This document shows, one piece after another, positions 1 through 14,762 of a stretch of 64,000 bases of DNA. The position numbers and the translations under genes are program-made. Below the pieces are notes generated by a model that was not told the origin of the DNA, ran no database searches, and saw only the letters and a list, made by a program, of their open reading frames with translations. This stretch comes from the human T2T-CHM13v2.0 reference genome, Homo sapiens. Every line of letters begins with the position of its first letter. The first letter of the stretch is position 1. Where the stretch lies: the NCBI RefSeq assembly GCF_009914755.1, contig NC_060933.1, one strand, 5' to 3'.

Positions 1-76
1 TATGACCTGGTATTAAGGCAAGTCCCAGCCATCTTGTAATCAATCATTTACCTCTTAAATGTCAACTTCACATTCA

Positions 77-435
77 CAGATGGTCCCCAACTTAGGATGG
101 TTCAACTTAACGATCTTTCAACTTTACAGTGGTGCGAAAGCAACGCACATTCAGTAGAAACTGTACTTTGAGTACCCATACAGCCATTCTGTGTTTCATT
201 TTCAGCACGGTATTTAATAAATGCCATGAGATATTCAACACTTCCTTATAAAATAGGCTTTGTGTTAGACGATTTTGTAAGCTCTTATAAGTGTTCTGGG
301 CACATTTAAGGTAGGCTAGGCTAAGCTATGGTGTTCGGTAGGTTAAATGTATTAAATGCATTTTTGACTTGTAATATTTTCAACTTATGATGGGTTTATT
401 GGGATGTATCCCCGTCGTAAGTTGAGGAGCATCTG
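77..435 (-). mobile_element. MER47A-like Tigger (TcMar) non-autonomous DNA transposon
   Basis: Terminal inverted repeats CAGATGGTCCCCAACTTA...TAAGTTGAGGAGCATCTG followed by TA; ~360 bp; matches recalled MER47A consensus. Confidence 0.75.
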
Positions 436-1907
436 TATTCTTTTAAATCTTATCTTATGATGGCTTCCAATATGCCATGATTCCTTGGAATCTTGTTATT
501 CCAGTATATTTTTTATCTCTTCCAGTTTTGTGTCTGTGAATTTAATTAGCCAGACTGCATGGTCTTCATCTAAGTTCGTGAAAACTGTAGAGAACTGTAG
601 CCACAGAGACAACCCCCACGTTACCCACAGTTCACTCACCAGGAAAGACCCTAAGGGGAACGGATGTTCAAGCAGTGTCCCACCTGGTCAGCTTTACAGG
701 AGTGGTCTGCAGCCGTGGCTGTGAACCAGAGTCACCTGGGAAACTCTAACCATCCAGATGTCTGGGGTGGGGCCTGAAAAATCTGTATTTTTTCAAAGCT
801 CCCTAGGTGGTGCTAATGATCTTTTGCAACATAGACATAATGCTTTTAGTTGTTTTATATAATAATTTGTTAAACTATAATAAGAAATTGTGATCTGTTA
901 CCCAATAGTAACAACAATAGATGAAAGCCAGAGATTACCATTAAAATTATGCTTACCACAAATCAAGCTCATTTTATTTATTTACGAAGCATTGGCTCTT
1001 CCTGAAAAGAGTGCCCTGGAGTACAAAATTATTCCCACTTAGTTTCTGGGATAATATTTTCCATTTATGCACCAGTATTGTGATAAAGGAGACAATGGTT
1101 TTTCATTAACACTAATATGCTTTAGACAGAAAAATGGCCTATAAGTACTTCTGACCATGAGATAATCTTTGGACAAACTGCAAATCATGAGTAATTACTC
1201 CTTCTACTTTGAAGGAGTAACGCCTCAGCACCTGATGCTAAACAACAGTCAGCCTAGCTCTTTGTTGTGGTCAAAGTGGACAAACCCAGGGAGGAGGCCT
1301 GCATTCTCACCCCCGGCCCTCAGACCATCTAGGGAGTTCCTCCTCAGGGAGGTCCTGGCCCCAAGGGGCAAGAGATGGGCAGAGCCTGTGATTCTGCTTG
1401 AGGACCCACACTCCATGGCCCAACTGACATCTGGAGGCTGGCTCCTCACCCACAAGGATGCAATGGCTTAGTTATTACCTTAGTGACATTGCATTGCTGA
1501 CATTCTCCCCCATCTGCTTTGGAGATGTTATGCCAAGAGGTCCAACCAGTGCTTTATTCCCCACAGCCTTTATTCTATTTTATTTTATTTAAGAAAAATT
1601 ACCCAATTTCCCATTACCTAGAAAGCATGACCATTAGCATTAAGTGAACATACTTTTGGACATTTTTCTATGCATAGAAAATGTGTATATATGTAGGGAA
1701 GGATGGATAGTTGGATGGATAGAAGGATAGAATATTAAAATTGGATTCTACTACACTGGCTATTTTTAATTTAAAATACTAACTTTAATTTCATTTTAAT
1801 TTAACTAGAAAAAAACTTTCATGTGAAAAAAAATGCTGCTCTTTAAATATTTATTTACCAAAAGAGAGATTATTTTCCAAAAGAGCCTTCTAAAATTAAT
1901 AAAAGAG

Positions 1908-2304
<397 letters not shown>

Positions 2305-2309
2305 TTATG

Positions 2310-3800
2310 AAAGATGAGAATATTAGCCCTCTCCCCTTCCTTAACCTCCACTTCACCAGCTTCCAACTTTTTGTTAGTTGTGTTATTATTACCACATAGT
2401 CCAAGTCTATAACATAAGCATGTTCAGGAATCATAATTCTTACTGTTTAGTATTTTTAAACAGATTCAGTTTTTACCACCTGTTGTTTCTCCATAGTTTT
2501 TCCATTCCTGGAGTCTTTATTTTAATCAGTCCCTTAATTTAGCTGCGTTTCATCAGGAAGTAGGACCCCCTACCTACTGCTCCACCAGAAAAATAAAAGT
2601 GCTCACAGGGCCCGCATGCCCTGCATTCCCTCAGAGAAATGTCTGTGTTGGACTAGACCCGGCCTTGCTGGCTGCCCTCCTTTGTTTCTCTCCCTCAGCA
2701 CTGCAGGCCGTGTGCCGTTGCCTCTGGGCTTTGGGTGTTGCTGTAGAGAATGAGCCCATCTAATTTTTTTTTTCCTCTTGTTAAGGGTCCTGTCTGCCTG
2801 GTAGGTGAAGAATTCCTTAAAGTTCAAAAGCTTCATAAGAGAATGCCTCAGAGTAGAGGGTTCTGTACCAGATTTCCCCAGACCATGGTGTCGTCATCTT
2901 TCTTCATGGCAGAAGAATTCCTTTTGTTTATATCTTTGACTACTTCTGTGCCATTTCGTGGCTTCTCTCTTCCAGGGATTCCAGGAATCCGTCCGTGTTG
3001 GATGCTCTCTGCCCGTCATAGCCATTCGCTTCTTGCTAACAGCGGCAACCTCCATCTTGTTCATCAGCTGTAACTGGGATTGTCTATTTCTACTTAGGTA
3101 TTCATTCAGCACTCTCTTATTTCAGTCCTGGATTTGTTCCCCCTAGGTCTTCAATCTCCTTTTTTCTTCTCATTCCTTTGTTTTAGCATCTCATTTTTCG
3201 GGTTTTGTTTTACTTGTGTTTGTAATAAGTTGTTCCACTGCTCTAAGCACTTGAGGGGATTTCGTCTGCTCCTGGGGCTGCCTTCTCGGTTGGGCCATTG
3301 GGCAATGCTCACCTGTTCTCTTTCCTTCTTTTGCAAGAGGATGTTGGCTGTATTGCCATACCATTTCTTTTCTTCTGGCTCCCATTTGAGAAGCTCTGTC
3401 TGGATGTTCCATGGGTGTGATCCGAGGGTGGGAGAGATGTCTGGCCCTCCTCCCATGTGTGTGAGGGGGGAAACCCTTACTGCTAGCTGGGAGGTCCAGG
3501 GGTTTTAGTCTTTCTCCTCTTCTGTAGCCTGTGGGAGTAGAAGGCTCAGGCTCTGTGGAGGCAGTAAGCAAGCAGTCTGTTTCACATATGTGTGTTCTGG
3601 CAAAAGGCCTACGTTGGAGTTTCCTTCACCTCGTTGGGGAGCTGTATCCCATTCCAGAAAGAGGTACCCTCAGGTTTCACATCATGCCCCGTGGAGCCTT
3701 CATTTCCATCAGAGGAGCTGCCGTGCTCTCCACCTAGTTCCTTAGCAGCTGGTGCCATTCAGCAGAGGGAGCGATAAGGACCCCCACTCAGACCCAGTGA
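2310..3800 (-). mobile_element. Decayed HAL1 / L1 ORF1-like element
   Basis: Minus-strand frames give L1-ORF1-like motifs (GIP..RE, STLRHSLMKLLNFKE, KRKKKIR, FSTATPKAQRQ) with stops and frameshifts; boundaries approximate. Confidence 0.6.
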
Positions 3801-4154
3801 GACCCCTCATTGGGCTTGACAGGAGCCATGCCATGATGCAACTCTTGGTCCAGTTTCAGAATCCTCTTTTTCTTTCCTTAACTCTAATTCTTTGAAGTTC
3901 ATGGCTTTAAATTATGCCCCTTCCCTTGTTTAGTTGCACCTGGTGAGTTCTTTTACTTGTAAGCTTTTATAATTTTTTGTTGGTTTTGGGAGGAGAGGGA
4001 GAGTCTGGCATCTAGTCTCACTCTGTCATTTTCACCCAGAAGTTCCTATTCGGTGCTTCAAAAAGATATATTGAAGGGCCAGTCCTCATAGCATGTCCGT
4101 TGCCTTGTGCCTCTCTAAGGGCATCTGATCATGGGGAGTGCAGTGTAATCATTA

Positions 4155-4778
<624 letters not shown>

Positions 4779-5154
4779 CTAACTCTGGTTCAGGGTCACA
4801 CATTCCTGGGTTTGATCCCCTACTCTGCCACTTGCTAATCCTATGAATTTGGGGAAGCTGCTTAACCTCACCACTCCTCAGTTTCCTCATCTAGAAAATG
4901 TACTGGTTCAGAGTGAACACATCTGTGCTCAGTAGAGAGTAGGCCACACTCAACTCCTTTTCACTTTGTCTTTCTTAACCATTGTTTCTTGGCTGTGGAA
5001 ACCCCCGGAGACCTCAGAGGGAAGTGACTGTGATCTGGAGCAGATCTCACAGTATTCCTGGCTTCTGTGACTATAGTAGCTTTTCCCAGCCCCAAACAGG
5101 TTCCTGTGTGGTAAACCAGAGCCCATCTGATCTTATGAAAATCTTTGTTTTCAG

Positions 5155-5222
5155 ACTGTCGCTCAGAATCGAACCAGGAAGCAGCTCTCCAAGACTAGTC
5201 TCTTCCAAGGAAGATCTTGCAG
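5155..5222 (+). CDS. RALGPS1: RALGPS1 coding exon (K)[22 protein letters not shown], end of CDC25 GEF region
   Basis: tttgttttcag|A...GCAG|gtatcg; phase 2 to 1; joins in frame to 25514; peptide recognised. Confidence 0.95.
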
Positions 5223-7986
5223 GTATCGTAGCTACCTCGAGTGGGAGCAAACCCACTTAATAGCCTAATTGTGGCTGCCAGAGTTGGCCTTGACCGGGGA
5301 GGCCAAGGGCAAATCAAGTTTGCAGCTTAGCAGACTCAGCTATCCCTGTTCACAGCCCTCCTGCACCAGCCTGCCCAGGCTCCTGATCATGCGGGACTTC
5401 TGTGGTTCCCCTCTGTGCCGGGGCTCCCTGGAAGAGCCTGAGTGTTAGAGCCTGGGCCTGAACAGCCCCAAGAGAGGCAGGATCAGAGCCCCAAGTTGGG
5501 AGCACACACAAGGTAGAGAAAGCCCCAGCATCTTCTCCAGGCTCTCCAGACCCTTAGCGGGGCTGCTGCCCAGGCTTGGGTTTATGTGCCCTGGAGGGGT
5601 GCGGAGGATGCCCAGGGTATCTGGTGCCACCAGATGCAGGTGGCTCATCAGACTTGTGAAACACACACACATACACTGTCCCCTAGTGATTTGAGCCCAG
5701 GCTTTGCAGTCAAGCCCGAGCTCCGCTGTTTCCTGGCTTTGTCACTTTACCTGTAATCTTCAGTGGCCTCATCCACAGAATGAAGATAATATGACGACTT
5801 ACCTTCTCGGGTTGTTGTGATGCCTGAGTAAGCTCATGCCTGCCTGTAAAGTGCTCTGCTCACACTGACATTGTGAAAGTGTGCTCAGTGTTGGCTGCTT
5901 CATCGTTATTATTTAATGGTTACTTTTTACTCATATTCCAACTGACTCTCAACGACAGGAGCTGATCTCCACTGCTGTCCAGGGAGAGGTCGGGGGCGTG
6001 GGGGGTCAAGGGGAACCCAACAGCACTTCCTCCCCCTGGTTTGCGCTCTAGGTCATACCACCCTGGGTTCTAGGCCACTGCAGTCTTGGACAAGTGACTT
6101 AACCCCTTTGGGCCTCCTTTTTTTTTTTTTTTTTTTTTTTATCCTATAAAATGGGATGATGAAACCTTCCTCCCAGGAACGTTGGAATGTCAAAAACAAA
6201 ATACTATTTGGAAGGCACTCGGCTCAGAGTCTGATGTGCCCTGTTTGTAAGGGGGTGGCTGCTACAAGCTGCTACGTGGTGCCACACCTCCCCTAGCCCG
6301 TTGACCTGCTCAAGCCACTCTCCCCACTCTCTGGTGCCAGGCCAACCTCTGTAACAGCTCCTGCTGGACACAGGACCACAGAGCCCATAGGGCCAGTGTG
6401 GCAGCCTCTCATGAGCCCCACCCAGTAGGGCTCTGCCCTGATTCCCAGGGGGGACTCCGGGCTGCTTGCCTTTTCCAGCCTCTCCTGGCTGCATTGGACA
6501 AGCCAGACCCTGCCTCCAGCACCCCTGGGGGCCTCTGATATCTTAGAGAGACATGCTGGTTGATTCTCGGGGTCTCCGGAAATGCTATTGTCTATACCTC
6601 AAGACAGTCCTGGCAGAAGCTTGATTTTCACAGGGTTTCCATAAGCCCAGTATTAAAATATCTCTTGCAGTCTTCCAAATCCATTGCCTTCCATATGTGG
6701 CAGGTGACCCCCAGCAAAGGTGGCCAGAAGGAAAGCTCCTAGTGCTGGTCTTGTCTCTACTTTGTCATTTCTGCCATTCTAGAACACCTTCCCCCTCGGT
6801 CAGCATTGCTCCTTTTAGGTGCGCAGTCACCTACAACTGACCTGTGGGGGACGAGGAGGGAGCAGGGCAGGGTTCCTATCAGAAGACTGTAGGAGACAGC
6901 AGTTGTTAAGAGCTACAGAAGGAATGCTAGCAAAGACTAGCCTATTGCATCGGGAGATAGTGCCAGAATTCTGGAGCAAAATGAAAGTGGTGGTCTGTCC
7001 TTCCGAGTCCCCTCCAAATTAGTGTGAATAAGAGGCCTGTTTGGCCTTTGCAGCCTCTTCAGTTCAATAGCCTTCACAGGATGAGCCACATCCCTGGACT
7101 TCTTTAAATGCCAAGAAGTCTCCATGCCACACTTGCTGTCCTTCAGACAGCTCTGGAATACCCATCTCCCGGTGCCCCTTCCTGCTGCCTGATTCCATGC
7201 TGGAGCCACTGAGCAGGGAGAGGTGGGAGAGCCCAGGGTCAGGCACAGGATGGTGTTCGCCTTGGTGTGAGCCAACTCTGCCTTTCCCTAGTGGCTCTGT
7301 CCATCCACAGGCCACACCCTAGCCTCACCTCTGCCTGAGAGTAGCAAGGCCTCTGTGAAGTTCTCCTCCCCAGGCCCCTCGCTCAAGCCTTAGACATTCT
7401 CCCCCTTGTTTTTGTGGTCTGCTCCTGCTCATCCTGTTGGGCTCAGGGTGGCCTTTATTTCAGCTCTTGGCTTCTTTATGGCACTCACCACAACTTGTCA
7501 TTATTCTCTGTCTGGTCACTGGGCCCGACTCATTCCTTGTTGGATCTTTAGCACCTGGCATTATGCCTGCCCTTTGTAGATGCTCAATTTTCGTAGGGTT
7601 TTTGGAGGAGAGGGATGGATGGGTGAGTGGGTGGGTGGGTGGATAGATGGGTGGATGAAGAGCCAGGCTGCAGCTCTGGGTGGGCCCCTGGTATACACTA
7701 GCCCAAGTGTGGAGGAGATCCTGTTGCTGCAGCCTCACGACTGAGCCTCAGAGGGCTCTCCTCCTCCCTGGTGCCTCCACCCTTCACCTCCAGCCCAAGC
7801 CCTCATCTGCCAGCCTGGCTCTCCCTGGCACCAGCCATTCAACACGCCTGCATGCTGCTTCCTGCCAGGGCGATGGCGACAGAGGCTTCCTCTTCCCCTC
7901 CAGGCATCTATGTGACCCAGCTGGTCCCTGCATTTCACCACCATCTGCCCCACTATCTCCTCCCTGAGGAAGAGCCCAGGGCCCTG

Positions 7987-8022
7987 CCTCAGCCTCAGCC
8001 TCAGCCTCAGCCTCAGCCTCAG
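7987..8022. repeat. (CCTCAG)6 hexamer repeat
   Basis: Six perfect copies read directly. Confidence 0.95.
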
Positions 8023-8335
8023 CCCTAGCCCCCAGCCCAGGTCTGCGCTGAGCAACACTGGCTCCTGCTGCTAGGGGTAGGGAGAAGAACAGGAGGTTGC
8101 AGACCTGGAGCCAGGCTTAGAAAACTAAAAGTGCTAATTGGGGGCCTCAAGAATGGGGTCACTCACTGGTCCCTGGGGCAGGAAAGGAGGCACTGCATTT
8201 CCTGGCCTCCTTTGACCCCTGACTGTCCTGGAAGTCAGCTGGGCAGCTAGGAGCCAGCCCTGGCCCAGCCTCCTCAGGTACAGCCTCCTTTCCCACAATC
8301 CACCCACACCTCTACTTGGCTCTGTTGTTTATTAG

Positions 8336-8470
8336 CCATGTGAGACCAGAAACCAGCAAGCCAGCCAACCTCCAGCATCAGAGCCCTGGCAGGGGACAGA
8401 ATGGACCCCAGATGGTTCACATGAAGAGACTTTAATGAACAGAACCAATAAAGCATGGCGAGGCACCCAT
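8336..8470 (+). CDS. RALGPS1: Probable RALGPS1 alternative terminal exon: adds Ala-Met-stop (coding 8336-8343), then short 3'UTR
   Basis: ctctgttgtttattag|CC ATG TGA; AATAAA at 8447-8452; implied 305-aa product agrees with my recollection of a short isoform. Confidence 0.65.
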
Positions 8471-9077
8471 GGGCCGGCCCAGGGTCCTGGGGAGGGTGGA
8501 GCCCTAGGCTAAAGGGCATGGGGAAGAAGTGTTACCAACCCCAGGGATGGCTGAGTTCTGGAGGATGATTGGCTGGGCAGGGTCTGTGGGCAGGGAGGGG
8601 GAAGCAGGAGCGAGCAGAGAAAAATCCCTGGCCTCCCTTTCCTCCAGCCCTCAGTCTGCCACCAGAGCCTTTCATTGGCCAAATCCAATAGAAAGCTGGG
8701 GGCAAGGGGTCCAGGAGATGCATCTCAGGGGTCAGCCTCCCCCGAACAGAAGTGGCAAGTGGGCAGGGCAAAAAATGCAGCTGAATTGTGTGAACAGACT
8801 ACTCAGCATACTGCCAAGCCTCAGTGTCTCTATCTGTAAAGTGGGCATAAAATCTTCCTCCTTCACAGGGTAGTGTTGTTATTAGCACAGTGCGCAACAT
8901 AGAACACACGTGTTAGGTGGAACTTGATCATGGTGATGTGATTATCATAATTGTCATATTGTGATTCTGCCTCCATCATTGCCTCAGCCTGCAGCTTTTA
9001 GCTAAATATCACTGCCTCGGGGAAGCCTTCTCCCCACTATCACCCCCACCCCCAATCAGGTCAGGCCGTCTAACAGC

Positions 9078-9272
9078 CAGGCTGTGGCAAACTGTGGGAC
9101 AGATCCACCCTCTGTTTTCATATGGGCACAACCACCCCTCTTTGGTTGACATATCGCCTGTGGCTGTTTTCATGCAGCAGTGGCAGAGTTGAGTGCTTGG
9201 GACAAAGACCCTGTGGCCTGCAAAGCGTGAACTATTTACTATCTGGCTTTTACAGGCACATGCTGGCCCTGG
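9078..9272 (+). mobile_element. MER58A-like hAT-Charlie element
   Basis: CAGGCTGTGGCAAACT...GGCAGAGTTGAGT...ATTTACTATCTGGC motifs. Confidence 0.7.
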
Positions 9273-11159
9273 CTCCTTCCTGCAACTGGCCCTCATGCCC
9301 CTCCGTGGCACTTCCTTCTGCAGTGATGGCACAGTTAGTTGTGGGCTTATTTGCCCATGTCTGTCTGCTCCGCCAGACTGAAAGCTCCTTGAGGAAGGGC
9401 CCAGTCTAGAATTCCTAGAGCCCAGGACAGAAATCCCTCCGTCAGCCACAACTCTTCAAGCTCCTTACAGGGTCCTGTAGGCACCTGGTCCTCAGAGGCA
9501 GCTCCAGAGTGGGCTGACTGCTGACTCGGCACAGCCTTGGGAGAAGTGCTGATGCTGGCAGTTTTCCACAGCAGAGCAAGCCCCAGCTCATAGGAGTGTT
9601 TTCCACCAATTTTCCAAATCCCTGGCTTCAGCCCTGGAAGCAGGATGTGAAGGTTTTCATTGATCACTAGAGGGTCGAGGAGTGCCTGGAAGGTTTCAGA
9701 CACACTCGGGGGTCCCAGCTTCCCACTAGCAGCCTCAGAAGACAGAGAGTGGGTGCTGCTGCAGCTGTGGGGTGGCCTGGGGTCCTGGGAAGGGTGGGGC
9801 CAGAGGGGCAGCTCCAGGGAGGCCTTTCTGGACCTGGCAGCCAGACTGAGCTGCGTGGCAGGAGCCTGACCAGACTCAGGGACAGGAATGTGCCTCTTGC
9901 AGTCCCGGGAATGGGAGGAACGCAGGCTTCCCTGGCTCCTCAGGAGGGGGTTTAGGCTTCAGCTCGGTGCCCTTTCCAGTAGGCACATCCCCCACACCTG
10001 CAAAGGAGAGGCCCTAAGACATGTTCATTCATTCATTCACCCAAGACTTCCAGGCCAAGGACTTGCTGTGAGCCAGGTGCCCAGCAAGGCAAGAACCTTC
10101 CCCACAAAGCTCACATTTTAGTCGGGGAACCAGGCAGCAAAAGCTGCCAGGGGCAAGGATGGGTACACTGAGGAGCTGAAAGGAGGCAGTGGGAGCAAGA
10201 CCAATGTGCCGGGCGGTCTCTCTGGCCCTCTTCTAGGCAGCGCCCACGCCTCTACCCCTCTACCCAGCCTACCTGCCCTCACATTGACAGTGGCCCAGGT
10301 CTCGCCCTTTGAGGCCTTGATTCAAGTCCGAAGTGGTCTGTGGGCTGAGGCTGCCCTTTGTCTCTGGGATGGTCCCTGTTGCCCACAGAGAGCTGGCCCC
10401 CACTTTCCACCCCTGCAGAATGACTTCACAGGCAGTTCCACACCAACAAATAGGCTGTGAGAAAGGAAATGGAGAAACCTTCTCAGTTTCTGTGTCTGTG
10501 GAGAAAAAAGGCCAAGAATGCCACGTTTTCCATTTTCCCTCCACATGTAATGTTTAGTTTCTATAAATGAACTAATATTTTCCTGGAGAGAAAAAAATCA
10601 TAAAGAACGTTGACCCCCAGAGAGGGCAAGTAATGTTTGTGTGTACTTTGGAACTGGTGAAGACATTTCCAGATTTTGTTAGCCCCGCCTCCACGTGGCT
10701 TTACCAACTGACAGGTTTTCTCAGAAGATTCCTGGGCAGCACCGCGAGTCCAGGAAAATCTTCAGCCTTGGCCTCTGGTTTCTGTGCTCGCACTGTGAGG
10801 ACTGCTCTCTGACACACCTGCGTGTCTCCCTGTTGTATTGCCTGGTGGTAGAAACCACCTCTGGAGTCAGGCAGAGCTCAGTTCAGAGCCTGGCTCCAGC
10901 AGTTCTTAGCTGTAGGCCCTTGGGTCATTGGTTTGATCCCCCTGTTTTCCTATTGGAGAAATAGGAATAGGAATCTTCATACAGACATACTTCACAGGGT
11001 CTCTGGGGAAGTCCCCTTAGTCCAGCCCCTGGCATACACTTACCTCTTGAGAGTGTTAGCTCGTGGCCTCCCAGGCGGGCTCTGGTGCCGTCCAGACATC
11101 GGGGAGTTGGTAGGGGGACAGAGGGAGCTCCTGCTGAGGCACTCACCAGCATACCAGTA

Positions 11160-11650
11160 CTGCTGTCACTCACGAGCCACCCCAGAACCTAAGGGCATGA
11201 AACAACCATTTTATTACATGCATAGACTCTGTCGGTCAGGAAGCTGAACAGGGCTCCGGCTGGAGCTGGAGTCACCTGGAGCCATCTTCACTCACATGCT
11301 CAGTGCTTGCTGCCAGATGGGGCTTGAGCTACAAGCGGGGGGCGCAGAACACTTACCTGTGGCCCCCCACTGTGGCCTGGGCCTCCTGACAGCATGGCAG
11401 CCTCAGTATTGCAGCCTCCTGCAGGGCAGCTGGCTTTCACCCAGAGCAAATGGCTAAGGAGAGCAGGGTAGAACCTGCATCACAGAGCCCTTATGAGCCA
11501 GCCTCAGAAGTCACGCAGCCTTACTGCTGCCACACTCTGCTGCTCAGGGCAGTCACGAAAGCCTGCAGGTCCAAGGAGAGGGACGTAGACCCTACCACTG
11601 AATGGGAGCAGCATCAAAGACTTTGTGGACAGGTTTTAAAGCCAGCACCT
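11160..11650 (-). mobile_element. MLT1-type MaLR LTR
   Basis: AAACAACCATTTTATT, GTCAGGAA, TCACTCACATG, CCTCAGAAGTCACGCAGC motifs; approximate bounds. Confidence 0.6.
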
Positions 11651-12250
11651 CAGCTGTTCCACAGGAGGGAAACAGAGGCTCCAAGAGTTACGTAATACCA
11701 GTCATAGCAGCTAAGCTGCTTTGAGCCTGTACTCTCTGCCAAGCACCATCGTAAGTGCTTGTCATGTGCTCACTCAGTGACCCTGACACAGACACTGTGA
11801 GGTGGGGCCAATGTCATCCCCATTCTACAGGTGAAGATGCAGGTGCTCGCGCAGCCTCATGCATTGAGGAAGTGGCAGAACCAGTTGCCAAGCCCAAGGC
11901 TCTGGACAGCCTCTGAGGCTCTGTCCCCACAGCTCCATATATCCGTATAGTGCAAGTAGGCATTACATTGGCATGTCCTTGACTTTCCTACAGTCACTTT
12001 TGAGTCACACATTGTCCCCAGTTGGTCCTCAGAAGGCAACTTCCATGTAAGAATCAGAACTCCAAACCTGATCTAACATTAACTCTAATCTCCTTGTTAC
12101 AACCTAGTTGGGGTGCTTCAGGCCTGGCTGCTTGTGGCAAGAGAGGAGGAGTGTTTGGCCCTTCTCCCTCCCTAGGCCTTTCTCCATCTCTTTGGCCTGT
12201 GGCAACTGGGGGAGAGGATACAGTCGTAATTGGAGCATAGGGTCATATGA

Positions 12251-12472
12251 GCCACATCCAGGCAAGGAGTTGGCCAGAGGTAGGTTTGAGTCTTGCCTCT
12301 TCTGCTTGACCTTGATGTCAAGGCTGCTGAGATGGGAGACTCAAGAACAAAGGAGATGTGAAATCCCAGAATAATGGGCCACAACTGGCCTCCTATCCCT
12401 GGAGCTCCTCAAGGAGGGCCCCTCCCGCCCATCCATTCTGAAAATATAAACGGGCAGCGAGAGTATGTTTCC
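12251..12472. repeat. Inverted duplication 1, left arm (partner 14161-14382)
   Basis: Manual reverse-complement alignment: 222 bp, about 11-12 differences. Confidence 0.95.
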
Positions 12473-12494
12473 CCTGCAGATCTCATGTTTAAGG

Positions 12495-12660
12495 GGCCAG
12501 GCGTGGTGGTTCATGCCTGTAATCCTGGAGCTTTGAGAGGCTGAGGCAGGCAGATGGCTTGAGCCCAGAGTAGAGTTTGAGACCGGCCTGAGCAATATGG
12601 CAAAACCCCATCTGTTTAAAAAAAAAAAAAAAATTAGCAAGGCGTGGTAACTTGTACCTT
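12495..12660 (+). mobile_element. Partial AluJ/FLAM-like (left monomer plus start of right)
   Basis: GGCCAGGCGTGGTGGTTCATGCCTGTAATCC...A linker. Confidence 0.85.
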
Positions 12661-13223
<563 letters not shown>

Positions 13224-13224
13224 A

Positions 13225-13660
13225 GAAAATACCCCACTCCTAGTACCTATTTTCTGTGTTAGGCCATTCTTGCATCACCATAAATAAATACCTGAGGCTG
13301 AGTAATTTATTTTAAAAAGAGGTTTAATTGGCTCCCAGTTCTGCAAGCTTTACAAGCATGGCACCAACATCTGCTTGGCTTCTGGTGAGGGCCTCAAGAA
13401 GCTTACAGAAGGTGAAGGATGAACAAGCATGTCACATGGTGAGAGCAGAAGCAAGAGATTCAGGGGTGAGGAGAGGCAAGTTCCCAGACTTTTAAACAAC
13501 CAGACCTCCCGTGAACTGAGTGAGAACTCACTCATCACCAGGGGGATGGTGCTAAGCCATTCATGAAGGATCCGCCCCCGACCCAGTCACCCCACCAGGC
13601 CTCGCCTCCAACACTGGGAATCACATTTCAACATGACATTTGGAGGGGCAAACCATTTCA
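13225..13660 (-). mobile_element. MST (MSTB-like) LTR plus first ~30 bp of internal sequence
   Basis: TGTGTTAGGCCATTCTTGCA...TTTCAACATGACATTTGGAGGGG...TCA; reverse strand continues GAAAATAGGTACTAGGAG. Confidence 0.75.
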
Positions 13661-14160
13661 CAGGGCCTTCTAGCTGGCAGCCGATATCGCTGATGCTTCT
13701 TCTCCCAGGCACTTCCGTGGGTATTTCAGAGATTCCACAAGTCCCTTGACCCAGGCAGATGCAAACCTATTTTGGGGACCCCTGCAGCCCCTTCCATGCC
13801 CCCCCGCAAAGTCTGGTGCCCACTGCCAGCTTCCTGATGTTTGGGTCCCCTCCAGCCCTCAACTCTGCCAGCTTTCCTCACATGGGCCACCTCGGTCCAC
13901 AGGAGGCCGTACCTGTCCTCATTCTAACAGACCTGTGAGCACAACAGACCTGCCTGTGGCCACCGCTGTCTTCTGGCACAGCCGTTTGGCCTCGTCAGGC
14001 CTGAGTAAGGCACAGTAGCTCCCCTGGGTCTCCTGACTGCTAGAGACATAGTTCAACCTCCGCAGGGGGTCTGTGGAGACTCCGCCTGACTGTGTGTGAG
14101 TAGAAAAAGAGAACAGCCAGGGGCAAGCTGTAGGCCCTCTCTCCATGTGCTCCTCTCTCT

Positions 14161-14382
14161 GGAAACATACTCTCTCTGCCCGTTTATATTTTCGGAATGG
14201 ATGGGTGGGAGGGGCCCTCCATGAGGACCTCAGGGATAGGAGGCCAGTTGTGGCCCATTACTCTGGGATTTCACATCTCCTTTGTTCTTGAGTCTCCCAT
14301 CTCAGCAGCCTGTCACATCAAGGTCAAGCAGAAGAGGCAAGACTCAAACCCACCTCTGGCCAACACCCTGCCTGGATGTGGC
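14161..14382. repeat. Inverted duplication 1, right arm
   Basis: Reverse complement of 12251-12472. Confidence 0.95.
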
Positions 14383-14453
14383 CCAGCTCCTCACGAGTAC
14401 CAGCGGCTCCCCCAGCATCTGCTGCTCCGCGCTCCCCGTGGCCTAGGAATCTA

Positions 14454-14762
<309 letters not shown>

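Noticed and set aside
8278-8435. Alternative acceptor giving GTASFPTIHPHL...MKRL*
   Set aside because: AG-rich upstream context and a poor pyrimidine tract; the 8336 acceptor is better supported
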